Virus record (IMG/VR): IMGVR_UViG_3300030389_003077
Location: 1-61,182 of that record
Length of the DNA: 61,182 nt
Reading direction: 5' to 3' (one strand)
DNA from: a virus
Taxonomy: Duplodnaviria; Caudoviricetes
Shown here: positions 46,177 through 57,249 of the stretch, piece after piece
Position numbering within the stretch: the first letter of the stretch is position 1
How the letters are laid out: every line of letters begins with the position of its first letter
Position numbers and translations under genes: made by a program
Notes under the pieces: model-generated
Databases searched by the model: none
What the model was told of the DNA's origin: nothing
The model's input: the letters and a program-made list of their open reading frames with translations, nothing else

Positions 46177-49100
46177 TTATTTATTCCCACTAAGTTCGCT
46201 AACATCAACGTCTGCATTGGCAGCGTAAAGATTAAACTTGTATTTAGAGAAGTACATGTTTTTATCTTCTGGTTCAGAGGATAAGGTTGTCATCATATAT
46301 TGACCTTTTATTCTCTCACCTTCTATATTGCCTTTTTGAACTATAAATAAGAAACCTTGACTTGGAAGAGACTGACTGTCAAGCTCTTTGTTTTTTACAA
46401 AATTAACAATATTACTAGATACAGAATAAGGGTATCCAAGGAATAACGTTGTACCATCATCTTTTTGAATGTATAACCTATTATCTGTGCTAATAACACT
46501 TGATGTAGTTTCAGGAGCAGATCTTTCACAAATAAAAACATCTCCAACATTTGTAGAACTAGCTTCAACGCTTACGGAACTTAAATCAAACACAGGATCT
46601 TGCTCACTTATATATCTAATAACATACTCAGCACCAACAACCATGTCTTCAGTTCTTATTTGAGCATTAGTTTTTGCTGATTCTTTATCAAATGTTCCAT
46701 TATATGATAAAATAAATCCAGTGCTATTATTAATATTTTTAGCAAAACCTAAACCTAAAATCTCAGAACCATCACCATGATCAACATTATCATCATAAGT
46801 ACTATCCACATCAACATCAGATTTAGAAAAAGGTATATTAGAATAATGTATTCCTTCTTTTGTTTTAAAGTCTATAACCTCCATGTGATTGCCATCCAAA
46901 GCCATGCTAACATGACTTGTTAACTTAAGAATAGTATTTGATAGTATAGCTTTAACTATTTTATACTTGTAAATATATTTAGCCTCTCCCTGTATATTTC
47001 CATGGGCGTCTATTTTATCTGCACTATATCCATATATTTTAACAAAGTCTCCAACCTTGACATCTTTAAAAAATTTAGTATCAACACCTCTTATTAAGGT
47101 TTCAAAACCACTAGGCTGTTGATAATTTTCAATTTTACCATCCACCCTTTTAAACTGTATACTTGTTTTTATAGTAGAATCGTAGCCATTTTTAAGTTGA
47201 GGACCATAAAGCGTTTGACCCATGTTGGTTGTCATAGAAGCAAACAATTTAGAGTCACCCTCTAGTGATAAAGCGTTGTAAGTTTTTACTGTTGATGGTT
47301 CTAAATTAAATGGGAACTGTATTAAAGATCCATATTGATTATCATGAAAATAATTAAACCTGTTTTGGTATCTAGTGCTTTCTGTACCATAACTTGTATA
47401 ATCATCCATGTTATAATCATAAACCTTTTGATAGTTTCTATCGGTAGTATTGTGCTTAAATAGCTTACCATTTTTAAAAGATATAAACTGCTTGCCAACA
47501 CTAGCATAATAATCAGGATAGTAATCATAAAAAGATGTCCACTTATTTATATCCTCATTAAAAGCTATTGTTTTACTTTCAAAAATTATTTCTGTTCTCA
47601 AGTTTTGATAAGAGGCATACTCGCCATCCCAAACGTTAATATCAGACTGCCAAGATCCACCCTCTTCGGCTTCAATACTTGGAAAGGTTACTATGTACTC
47701 GTTATACTTATGATCGTATCCCGCTACTAAATTAAAGCTGATAAAACTTTTATTTTCTGGGTCGTATATAACGTACATCTCACCAAGGTCTCTGAAGTAA
47801 TCTTTCATGCCGTTATCAGATATAACAGTAAGACCATCAGCAGAAAGTCTAAGAACAGCACCTCTTTTAACGTCTACAAAGTAAAACTTATTACCAGCCT
47901 TAACAACACTTTCTGGTTGCACGCAACAACCAAAGTCTCCAGCATAAAGTTGAACGTAGTTATCTATAATATTATTTGATAAAGATACTAGACCGTCACC
48001 TGAAGCTGTATTAAGTATGTCTTTACCCACTAAAACTCTACCAACTTTATTCTCATGAAATATCATTAAATCGTCATTCCTAGTGCTTAAAAACTGTATA
48101 GAACCAAAATCCTTATTGTAATCAAAGTAAGGTACGTTTGCTAAATTAAAATTAGACAAACCATTTACAGACCCCGTACTAGAGTAAGCTTCTGAATAAA
48201 ATACAGAGGATTCTAATCTTCTCTCTGAAGCTTTATTATTTATAACATTTATTCTACCTCTATTGTAGTGATTCGTGTTATGAAAGTCATTTAAATAATA
48301 ATCCTCTGCAAAAAAAACAATATCATTAGATCCATCGCTAGATGTTGGCATTGTTCTAGGCTTAACGTAAACATCCCCAGCAGGTAGAGTATTTAACAGA
48401 GAAGGGGAGTCTGTAAGTTTATCACCTGTGTTTGACGAAACAAAAAATCCTAATATATTTTTAGCCTCACCAACCGATCTTTCTAAGTTTAATTCAGTAT
48501 CAAAATAAAATTCAGAAGTTTGATCTTTCTCGTTACCTGAGTGTCTTCTAGATTCCGTACCAGCAGCTATTATTGGTTGCTTGTCTCCAATCTCATAATA
48601 CACGTTGAGTTCTTCACTAGCCTCTTTTTTTGGTCTATATATTTCTACAAATAAACCTTCATATCCAGTGCCAGAAACTGACGATGAAAGTGAGCTTTGG
48701 TGAGCAATGCTTACAGTATTTCCAACCTCATCTTCAACTGCAGTTGCTTCAGGATTTGGAACTCTAATGTAAAAACCTGAATCATCACCATTTGGAGTAA
48801 CAGTTATTGACTCTTCATCATCTCCAATATAAAGATCAGATCCAGATATTTCCAAGTCTATGTACTCTATAAACCTTAAAGGCTCTGCCGAAGTATTAGG
48901 CTTATAGCTAATGAATCTAACTCTATCTCCAGGGACAAATTGATAATCTATTAAAGAATTTGAAACCTCGTTATAACTAAAATCTCGACCTTTTAATGAT
49001 TGTAATCCTAGATAAACTTGAGTATCTTCACCAGTACCTGGCTTAACATTTATGATACTAATCTGTATAAACTCATCCACAGTATTATTACCTGTGTAGC

Positions 49101-51489
49101 ATAATTGATAGCTAGTAGCCCAAATAGGAGGTCTATTAAATATGGAATAACTAAAACTTGTTGTTCTATTTAAGCCTATAGCATCTATACCTTCTGTATA
49201 AAATTTATTGTAAGCTCTAGAGCCATTAATATTTTCGCTATATTTTGGAGCTACATTTACAAAAGAACATCTATTTGTTTCGTCAAAATAAGATATTCCA
49301 AAACTATGAAAAGCACCAGTTTTGAAAGTGCTTCTACCAGCGTTACCAGATATAAACTGAGAATTGTTAGTTATTTTTGGCTGGTCTTTTGAAAAATTTA
49401 TACCACTAAAAAGAAATCCAGCATTGTCATTTGCGTATTGAAACACAACTTTTAGTCTTTTTGTGTTAGAATCGTAATTAGCAGAAACTGTTCCACTAGT
49501 GCTACCACCAGAAAATTCAGACACACCAACACCACTATCTATAAGAGATTCTAGAATTTCACCTACCTGATCTATAGTTGTAACATTTGTAACATCAGCA
49601 GATATGTTAAAAGCACCATTCCTTGTTATGTCACCACCAAGTCTTTTCCTTTTATAAGACCAAGAATAATTTAACTCAATAGTTTGTTGAACATTATCTT
49701 GTAGATCTATAGAGGATAAATCAAAAAACTGTCTATGTTTTGTTTTACCACCAGTACCCCCTAAATGTTGTTGAAAAAAAGGCTCACCATCATTATCGGT
49801 AGACGTATTTATTATTGGTATATCATCAAAAGATGAGGTTAGAGCAGAATTAACGGGTATAAAAGTAGAACCCATAATCATACTGGTATTATCATAACCC
49901 TCAACAACATTACCGTAAGCAAGTCTATTGTTAGACAATAATGTTTGAGCTTTAGCTAATTTTGGAACTGCGTCAAAAAGTTTATTAGAATCTTGCTTGT
50001 CTATAAATGGATATGTTCCGTCATTAAAAAAATCAATACTAGATACAATGTTAGAATAATTGTAAGATTCATCGTTAATTAAATCATTTTTTAATTTTTT
50101 AAGATGATTTATGAAGTTGTTAGGTATTGTATCTACTAAAAAAAACTCTCCATCGTTTCCTTTTCTACCTACAATTTCTATATTTTTTACATCAGAGACA
50201 GTATCCTTATAGGTGATTTCCAAAACATTGTCTATATTTTGATAATCTAAAACACTAACAACAGAGTTTAAAGCAAAGTTATTATCTAAGCTTATATCAG
50301 ATATACCACTATAAGAGCTAAATCCATCATCTTGGTGGAGGTATCTATACTTAAACTGAAACATGTTGTCAAGTATATTATTTGTAGAAACAGTACTATC
50401 TTTTTTTGATTCAACTGAAGGTCTAGTTTCTGGTTGAATTTTCACAACATCAAAGTAAGGATTTTTTTGCTCTATATTTCCAAAACTTATTAAAGGCGAA
50501 TAAGCGTCATGTGGATTCGCTTCAATCAATATTCCCTTTAAAGCAGCAGAGCTTCCAGCCCAAGGACAATCTGTAACAACCCCTGAAACATACTCATCAT
50601 CAAGTAGTAATCCTACTGTTAAACCGCTACCACCTTGCTCTCCATTGTCGTTATCAGAGTCACTACCACTAATATTACCATAGGTAGGATCAATACCTAC
50701 AACATTAGTTTCAAAATTTACATCAGTAACCTGATAAATATAAGGGAAAGGATTCCCAACTTCATTAGTTCCGTAAATAGGTAAAAAATCACCAGTTCTA
50801 AGGTCAGGTATTGTTTCAGAAAGACTGTTAATAGTAATGACATTTCCTTGAAGGGATGTTGATCCAGAAACCGTAGTAAATCCTTCTCGTGGTATAACTT
50901 TTGGTATTACACCCTCAACTTCAGCGTAACCATTAAATCCAGGAAATGATGGGTCAGTAGAAGCGTATACATAATCGCCTTTTTTAAACTTATCGTCTGG
51001 ATCCCTATGTTCACCTATAAAAATTGTACTAGTATTATTTCTGTAATAAGTATCTCTAAATTGAAATTTAGGGTTTTTTATATTTAACTCGTTTTTTTTA
51101 GCTAACTCTACATTTATTTTTCTAGGTCTATTAAGATTATCAGTCCAGTATAAAACATCATCAACCTTTGTTATACCTGTTATTAAATGATTTTGATCAT
51201 AGTTTAAAACAGAACTATACTGTCCAGAGCTGGATGGTCTACCATCTTGATATATAGTTTTTATAGAATCCAACATTAAGTCATACTCAAGTATAGCATC
51301 ATATTTTGATGAATTTGCTATATCATGAATAAAGTAATAAACTCTATTTTTTGGCTTATCCTCATAAGAACCTATACAAACATAAGAAGGATCTATGGAC
51401 GGAGTTTCAGTAGGTCTTACTATTGCATTTAGCTGTTCTAAATCAAATTCTGGACGTCTATTTTGATATAATTTTGAAGAATCTGCCAT
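46177..51489 (-). CDS. Tail nozzle/muzzle ('stabilisation')-like protein, main part
   Basis: CIGSYED..RVYYF, LYWTDNLNRPRKIN, QFKYRY, NRLAYGN, FVDVKRGAVLRLS, WTSFYDY motifs. Confidence 0.75.
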   Translation of the reverse strand: MADSSKLYQNRRPEFDLEQLNAIVRPTETPSIDPSYVCIGSYEDKPKNRVYYFIHDIANSSKYDAILEYDLMLDSIKTIYQDGRPSSSGQYSSVLNYDQNHLITGITKVDDVLYWTDNLNRPRKINVELAKKNELNIKNPKFQFRDTYYRNNTSTIFIGEHRDPDDKFKKGDYVYASTDPSFPGFNGYAEVEGVIPKVIPREGFTTVSGSTSLQGNVITINSLSETIPDLRTGDFLPIYGTNEVGNPFPYIYQVTDVNFETNVVGIDPTYGNISGSDSDNDNGEQGGSGLTVGLLLDDEYVSGVVTDCPWAGSSAALKGILIEANPHDAYSPLISFGNIEQKNPYFDVVKIQPETRPSVESKKDSTVSTNNILDNMFQFKYRYLHQDDGFSSYSGISDISLDNNFALNSVVSVLDYQNIDNVLEITYKDTVSDVKNIEIVGRKGNDGEFFLVDTIPNNFINHLKKLKNDLINDESYNYSNIVSSIDFFNDGTYPFIDKQDSNKLFDAVPKLAKAQTLLSNNRLAYGNVVEGYDNTSMIMGSTFIPVNSALTSSFDDIPIINTSTDNDGEPFFQQHLGGTGGKTKHRQFFDLSSIDLQDNVQQTIELNYSWSYKRKRLGGDITRNGAFNISADVTNVTTIDQVGEILESLIDSGVGVSEFSGGSTSGTVSANYDSNTKRLKVVFQYANDNAGFLFSGINFSKDQPKITNNSQFISGNAGRSTFKTGAFHSFGISYFDETNRCSFVNVAPKYSENINGSRAYNKFYTEGIDAIGLNRTTSFSYSIFNRPPIWATSYQLCYTGNNTVDEFIQISIINVKPGTGEDTQVYLGLQSLKGRDFSYNEVSNSLIDYQFVPGDRVRFISYKPNTSAEPLRFIEYIDLEISGSDLYIGDDEESITVTPNGDDSGFYIRVPNPEATAVEDEVGNTVSIAHQSSLSSSVSGTGYEGLFVEIYRPKKEASEELNVYYEIGDKQPIIAAGTESRRHSGNEKDQTSEFYFDTELNLERSVGEAKNILGFFVSSNTGDKLTDSPSLLNTLPAGDVYVKPRTMPTSSDGSNDIVFFAEDYYLNDFHNTNHYNRGRINVINNKASERRLESSVFYSEAYSSTGSVNGLSNFNLANVPYFDYNKDFGSIQFLSTRNDDLMIFHENKVGRVLVGKDILNTASGDGLVSLSNNIIDNYVQLYAGDFGCCVQPESVVKAGNKFYFVDVKRGAVLRLSADGLTVISDNGMKDYFRDLGEMYVIYDPENKSFISFNLVAGYDHKYNEYIVTFPSIEAEEGGSWQSDINVWDGEYASYQNLRTEIIFESKTIAFNEDINKWTSFYDYYPDYYASVGKQFISFKNGKLFKHNTTDRNYQKVYDYNMDDYTSYGTESTRYQNRFNYFHDNQYGSLIQFPFNLEPSTVKTYNALSLEGDSKLFASMTTNMGQTLYGPQLKNGYDSTIKTSIQFKRVDGKIENYQQPSGFETLIRGVDTKFFKDVKVGDFVKIYGYSADKIDAHGNIQGEAKYIYKYKIVKAILSNTILKLTSHVSMALDGNHMEVIDFKTKEGIHYSNIPFSKSDVDVDSTYDDNVDHGDGSEILGLGFAKNINNSTGFILSYNGTFDKESAKTNAQIRTEDMVVGAEYVIRYISEQDPVFDLSSVSVEASSTNVGDVFICERSAPETTSSVISTDNRLYIQKDDGTTLFLGYPYSVSSNIVNFVKNKELDSQSLPSQGFLFIVQKGNIEGERIKGQYMMTTLSSEPEDKNMYFSKYKFNLYAANADVDVSELSGNK

Positions 51490-51491
51490 TT

Positions 51492-54400
51492 TTATATAAT
51501 TTTTGTCATTCTTAATGGAGCTCCTGAGTAAATTTTAGCCACAGATGAAGCGTAACTATCTCCTTGTTCGTTAGAAGATATTTTTTCTCCTATTAGTTTT
51601 ATGTTTATAGGGTTTTCATTCATCCACTCATTATTAGAAGTTAAGTTGTAATCACTTAAAATTAAATTATTAATAATTGACCACTCTTTGCTTGGCGTAC
51701 TATCATTTAAAATAACATTAGATCCGTATTGATTAACAGCAAATTCCCAACCTCTAGATGGACCTCCCTGAACTGTAATTTCAAACTGTAAACCAGATGA
51801 TATATCTGTGCTGATTGATGGTCTAAGTAATTCTGATAAAGCAGGAGACTGATCATCAAAAGTAGTATTTGAATCAAAATTAAGTATTTTGAATAAAAAA
51901 GTTATATATCCATGATCTTCAGTTAGAAAACTATAACGATGAGTGTGAGGTATTTGAGAAACATTAGAATCATGATTAGAACCAAAATCTGAATTAGAAC
52001 AATGTGCTATAAATACACTTGGAGTTGTAATTGTTGATGGGGTAAGAAGATTTGATTTTGAAAATAAACTAACATTGAGCTTGTTAGGTGCAAAAATAGT
52101 TGTTACCTCTTCCTCAGAAAATTCTGAAAACTCTGGTATTAAAGTGTTTCTAAACAATAGATTTAAATGTCCTGCATCAAAACTAAAAATATTTCTTCCT
52201 TGTTTATCTAAATTAAAAAGGTCTGCTCCAATACCTGAACCTAAAATATCTCCACCAGTTAGGGTAAATCTATAAGTAGAACTTAAAGGGTCATCTATAA
52301 TTGTTTCACTATTTGAAAGCAAGTCTAACTGATTTTCTAAATTTTTTATTGTATTTTGTTGAGATAATAATTTTTGTTGTAGCTCTGTGGTGTCATTATT
52401 AAATTTAGAAACTAACTTATTTAAAGTATCTTGATTTTGACTAGAATGAAAGGTTAAATCTTCTATTATAAGTGGGTCATCATCTGAAAGAATAGCTCTC
52501 ATAGAACTAGTTATCAAATCAAAAAGACCTAAAAAGTTAACAACATCTCTTTCTAATTCCTCATTTTGTTGTTTTAAAAATTCTATTTCTAAAGCTTGAC
52601 TTATGTCAATGTTTAAATCACCTACATCTAAAGAAATTTCTGACCCAGAATCTATAAAATTATTAAAAGTTGATGTAGATATATTAACATTAGTTGGCTT
52701 ATTAAATAAACCAATATTAGAAATAGATGCTCTTGTTGGGAAAGAAAGAACATTATTACTAGATATAGACTGATCAACACTTTGAATTAATTCTCCCTTA
52801 GGGCTTATAACTAAGGTTAAATCCTGACCTACTAAGCTTGGTTCCTGCTCTACTCTAAGTAATACTAAAAATTCACCTTCAGTCCTACCAAAAATTATAG
52901 AACCATCAACTAAAACAGACCCTCCTTTTGAATCTAAAATTTCAAGATTAAAACCACCATCACCTTGTTTTGAAATAACTGAGGCTTTAAAAATATAATC
53001 TCCATCGGTAAGGTTAGAACCCAAATTTTGATTAACCGTAGAAGTTGATGTAGGGTTACTAAATGGTGCTATTTCAATACTATCACCTTTAGCACCTGAA
53101 AGACCTACTCCAAAGTTTAAGGGTTCTGAAGAAGTCCAATTATTTGATCCGTCAGTAAAGTCTCCATTTACAACTAAGTTAGTTAAAACATTTACATTTT
53201 GAAGTTTTGTAATTTGATTATTAAGATCTGCATTAATTGATTGTAGTTCTGCAATCTTATCTATCATATTATTTACATCGTCTTGCGTAATCCCTTGAAT
53301 TTGATTTGCCAAAGCTTCTTCAAGTTTGTCTCGAGTAACCTTAATTCCTTGAGATACCTCAGATATTTTTTGATTAACAAAGGTTAATTCAACACCATAT
53401 TCAGTTAAATCTCCAGCAGTAATGTTAATCGCCTCACTTGATATTGTATTAAGGGCTGTTTCAAACTGTTTAGTTAAACTATTGACACCTGCTATAATTT
53501 TATTTTTTTCTTCAGTCAATTCAAAAGCTAACTTATTTTTATCTTCAATATCTTGTTCTAAAGATAAAATTAAATTTTCTTTTTCCTCTAAATCTATTTT
53601 TAGATTATCTACTCTAATTTTCAGTTCCTGCTCTTGTAATTCAGCTTCCTGTAAATCTTGAAGATATTGGTCGTTTTGACTAGTTAATTCTGTTAATTGA
53701 TCCCTAAGGGTTTTAACGCCATTAGTTAAAGTTTCTGTAGTAAATCCTAAATCACTAATAACAGTATTTGCCTGTTCAAATTCTTGTTCTGTTATAGTTA
53801 ATTCAGCTTGTATTTCATCAATATCTTCTTGTGTAGGAGCATTTTGTAAATCATTCTTCAGTTTCTCAATTTGATTAATTATATTTGAATAACCTGTATA
53901 ATCTAGTGTTGATCCGTCAGGTAAATTTAAAAAAGTACCTAATTTATCTTGAGCCTCACTGAGTGCATCACTTGCTTGATTGAGTTGATTAGTTAAATTT
54001 TGTTTATCTTGTTTTAGGTTTTGTATGCTAGCTACTATATTATCAACTGTAGCACTTGATAGACCAAGAGCGTTATTAATTTTTTGCAACTCTTGTTGGT
54101 GTTTTTCTTCTAAAGTATTAATATCATCTTGCAACTTTTGAATCTGACCTTGTAAATCTTCATTTTGAATTTCAAGTTCAGCTATAGTTACTCCTTCATT
54201 AAAATTATTAACTGTTGAAGATGTTTGTCTTATTTCTATAGATACACCACTAACATAATCAAGCTTAGAATTAGTTGACTCTCCAGCTTCAAGTTTTTGT
54301 CTAACCTCTTCTTCACTAGTTCCTAAGCATAAATTAAAAGATACTGGGCTTTGAATAGAAAATTCTATTTTATTTGTAGAGGCTTTAAGTTCAGATAATC

Positions 54401-56063
54401 TAAGATTTCTAGGTGAAAAAGAATCAGTATCTGTTATAGCCTCTAAATGAAAAAAGTTGTAGTTATTATCTGCTATAAAAGACCAACCATTAGACCCTAA
54501 AAATGCTGTATCATTGCTTTTGGGTATAGGAAACTCATTAGTACCAGATACAAATTTTAAGCTTCCAGTTCTAAGAGACATAAACTGTTCATTTCTCCAT
54601 TCAACTAAATATCTTTGACCTTTAACTATATTTGCTGGAAAAGAAACTCTTTCTTCAGAGGTCATACTCCCTATAGTAAGTTGAGATCCAACATCAAAAG
54701 CTCCAGGCTGTGAGTTACCATCAAATAAATGAGTTATAGAAGATCCTGATATAGCAAAAGGACTATTTGCTGTTGGTCTACCATCTTCGTTTAAAAAAAT
54801 ACTCTCAGAGTCGTAACTTTCTAATAAAAAATAATCACCAGAGTTTACTGATTCAGTAATTAAATTTGCAGCTCTACTACCTCTTAGCTGGGTAGATGTT
54901 GTAAACTCAGTAGTAACACCTTTAGAAATACCAGATGTTGATATTATTACAGGGTTTGCAAAACCAGGGGATAATACTTTACCTTTAAAGTCAGTAAATT
55001 GTTCTATAAGATAAGTAGGTATACTATTTTGACCACTGTCAAACTCATAGGGATCTCCAGTATTAAATTTATCAGTTGCACTTATATCTACAAACAAAGA
55101 AACATCATGATGAGTACCTATATCTTGATGACTAAATAGTTTTACAGGTTGACCATCTTGAGCAGATATGGGTTCAACACCCTCAACAGTAATAACATAT
55201 TGAGTTTGGTCTTCTGATTGCTCTATTATTCCAATAGGAGAATCACTATCTATTACAGGGTCTATTGGAGAAATATTTTCATAATTAGGTTCACTAGATA
55301 TTGTGAAATCTACAGTGGATCCTATAACTAAATCACCATTTGCTTGTATATGTAATTGACCATTACTAGGATTATCTTGTACAGTAGAAGACCATGGAAT
55401 ATCAGGCTCTTGAGAAAGTTCACTTTTAAAGTCTAACCTAAATTGTATGTTTGGTTCATCTGCAGTTATAGTAATTATAATTTGACCAGGATTTGGGGAG
55501 TTAGGGTGAAGGTCAACAAGAGGCACATCCTCATTAACACTTTCAGGTTCAAAACTTATAGAAGAACTAGCTGTACTAGTAGCACCAGTGTAAATATCTA
55601 TAATAGGTATACCTGAACTAAGAGTCCCATCAAAAGAATTAAATCTTTCATATAAAAAAAGAGCCGTTTGAGTTGCAGGATTACCCCCAAACCAAGTAAG
55701 ATTTTCTTCCTGGTAGAGTGGTATTAAATTGTTTTGAGCATCTTGAGAGTATATACTAAAATTGTGTCTCTGACCTTTAACTTCGTATCCACTAAAAATT
55801 ATTCTTTGCACATAAACAATTTCTTCAGGTTCAGGAAAATTAACACCGTTATCATCTATTATTTGAACTAGAGATACATTTTCGTTATAAAAAGGGTATA
55901 CAACCTCAGTGGTTCCCTCTATGTTTTCTAAAGACCCAGAGGTGCCATCAGAAGAAGCTACATTTCTTATGTTGACTGCATGTCTATAATCACCATTTTC
56001 TATATACCTAGGGTCTAAATCTTTATTCATACCCCCTGTAAATATTCTCTTGTCTTGTGCCAT
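51492..56063 (-). CDS. Large tail-associated protein: nozzle-like N-terminus, coiled coil, CBM-like domain
   Basis: GGMNKDLDPRYIENGDYRHAVNI start, ~330-aa heptad region, NLVVNGDFTDGSNNW. Confidence 0.6.
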   Translation of the reverse strand: MAQDKRIFTGGMNKDLDPRYIENGDYRHAVNIRNVASSDGTSGSLENIEGTTEVVYPFYNENVSLVQIIDDNGVNFPEPEEIVYVQRIIFSGYEVKGQRHNFSIYSQDAQNNLIPLYQEENLTWFGGNPATQTALFLYERFNSFDGTLSSGIPIIDIYTGATSTASSSISFEPESVNEDVPLVDLHPNSPNPGQIIITITADEPNIQFRLDFKSELSQEPDIPWSSTVQDNPSNGQLHIQANGDLVIGSTVDFTISSEPNYENISPIDPVIDSDSPIGIIEQSEDQTQYVITVEGVEPISAQDGQPVKLFSHQDIGTHHDVSLFVDISATDKFNTGDPYEFDSGQNSIPTYLIEQFTDFKGKVLSPGFANPVIISTSGISKGVTTEFTTSTQLRGSRAANLITESVNSGDYFLLESYDSESIFLNEDGRPTANSPFAISGSSITHLFDGNSQPGAFDVGSQLTIGSMTSEERVSFPANIVKGQRYLVEWRNEQFMSLRTGSLKFVSGTNEFPIPKSNDTAFLGSNGWSFIADNNYNFFHLEAITDTDSFSPRNLRLSELKASTNKIEFSIQSPVSFNLCLGTSEEEVRQKLEAGESTNSKLDYVSGVSIEIRQTSSTVNNFNEGVTIAELEIQNEDLQGQIQKLQDDINTLEEKHQQELQKINNALGLSSATVDNIVASIQNLKQDKQNLTNQLNQASDALSEAQDKLGTFLNLPDGSTLDYTGYSNIINQIEKLKNDLQNAPTQEDIDEIQAELTITEQEFEQANTVISDLGFTTETLTNGVKTLRDQLTELTSQNDQYLQDLQEAELQEQELKIRVDNLKIDLEEKENLILSLEQDIEDKNKLAFELTEEKNKIIAGVNSLTKQFETALNTISSEAINITAGDLTEYGVELTFVNQKISEVSQGIKVTRDKLEEALANQIQGITQDDVNNMIDKIAELQSINADLNNQITKLQNVNVLTNLVVNGDFTDGSNNWTSSEPLNFGVGLSGAKGDSIEIAPFSNPTSTSTVNQNLGSNLTDGDYIFKASVISKQGDGGFNLEILDSKGGSVLVDGSIIFGRTEGEFLVLLRVEQEPSLVGQDLTLVISPKGELIQSVDQSISSNNVLSFPTRASISNIGLFNKPTNVNISTSTFNNFIDSGSEISLDVGDLNIDISQALEIEFLKQQNEELERDVVNFLGLFDLITSSMRAILSDDDPLIIEDLTFHSSQNQDTLNKLVSKFNNDTTELQQKLLSQQNTIKNLENQLDLLSNSETIIDDPLSSTYRFTLTGGDILGSGIGADLFNLDKQGRNIFSFDAGHLNLLFRNTLIPEFSEFSEEEVTTIFAPNKLNVSLFSKSNLLTPSTITTPSVFIAHCSNSDFGSNHDSNVSQIPHTHRYSFLTEDHGYITFLFKILNFDSNTTFDDQSPALSELLRPSISTDISSGLQFEITVQGGPSRGWEFAVNQYGSNVILNDSTPSKEWSIINNLILSDYNLTSNNEWMNENPINIKLIGEKISSNEQGDSYASSVAKIYSGAPLRMTKII

Positions 56064-56065
56064 TA

Positions 56066-57247
56066 TTACATTTTAGGAGATTGCTTGAATGCTTTTCTAG
56101 ATACAGCCATTGCTGTTTCTTTATTAAAACTCATCATTCTAGCTCTTGCTAATCTTTTCTCGTTATAGTAGGCTCTTTTAGCCATTTGTTTTTCGTTGGC
56201 AGGAATGCCACGTTTTCTTTGTACATACTTATAATATATATAACAACGTAAAGCCTCTTCACAAAACTTATGTACTTTAGGTCCATCACCAACAACACCT
56301 AGTTGTAATAACTCCTGATTAGTTAACACTATTTTTTCTACTGTGCTAGCACCTACAGTTTGACTTTTATTCGTATCAAAACTACTATTATTAAGAGCTA
56401 AAGGCACTGCAGTTAAGTCACTGTATGCTAAAGTTACAAATCTGGATTTTGTGGCTTGAGAAGCTTTTATTTTAGTATCAATAGGAGATATTCTAAGATC
56501 AGGATAACCCTCGTTTATTAAAGTAGAAAACTTTTCTGCTATTGTTCCTGAATTATCATTTGTTTCAAACTGTATTTGTAAGTTAGTAGTTGGAGTGTCA
56601 GTTATAAAAGTAAACGTATGAAACTCTGTTGAGCTACTTGATTTTGGTATTTTTAACGTACAATTAGTATCAATTTGATCTGACTCGTCTCCATCAGCTC
56701 CATTAAAAGTAAACCTTATTACATGATTTTTAGCCTGAACATTGCTTATACCGTCAGATATATACTCCATAAATACGGTTTTACCAGCAATATCTGAAGA
56801 GAAGTTTATAGTGTTATCATTTCTATTTAGCATGTAATATCCTAAATTATTTTTTCCTCCACCCACGCCATACTTTCTACCCATATCAACATGATAATAA
56901 GGGTTGTTCTCGTCATAAGGATCGTCATTTACTTGTGCTGTTACTGTAGCATCTAAAGCTAAGTCAGACTTATAACCTAAAGGGTGAAACTCATCATCAT
57001 CACCCCTGTAACCAATACGCAAAAGTTTAACATAGTCATTTGGTAAAGTAACCTGAAGTGTTGTTGAATCTACAGTCATTTCAGTTGTTTTAACCTCTTG
57101 TTCTGCGTCAAACTTAAGCTCTCTTAATCCTTGTAGAGCTAATAATCTTAATTGATAAATTTGTGCGTCTTTGTCGTAAGACGTATCATCTATCATTAAC
57201 TGAAAGTCATTTACGACTTCATCTATACTTGTATAATCTATTGCCAT
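56066..57247 (-). CDS. Tail ring/adaptor protein
   Basis: LPNDYVKL, EYISDG, VHKFCEEAL, RLARARM motifs. Confidence 0.65.
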   Translation of the reverse strand: MAIDYTSIDEVVNDFQLMIDDTSYDKDAQIYQLRLLALQGLRELKFDAEQEVKTTEMTVDSTTLQVTLPNDYVKLLRIGYRGDDDEFHPLGYKSDLALDATVTAQVNDDPYDENNPYYHVDMGRKYGVGGGKNNLGYYMLNRNDNTINFSSDIAGKTVFMEYISDGISNVQAKNHVIRFTFNGADGDESDQIDTNCTLKIPKSSSSTEFHTFTFITDTPTTNLQIQFETNDNSGTIAEKFSTLINEGYPDLRISPIDTKIKASQATKSRFVTLAYSDLTAVPLALNNSSFDTNKSQTVGASTVEKIVLTNQELLQLGVVGDGPKVHKFCEEALRCYIYYKYVQRKRGIPANEKQMAKRAYYNEKRLARARMMSFNKETAMAVSRKAFKQSPKM

Positions 57248-57249
57248 AA

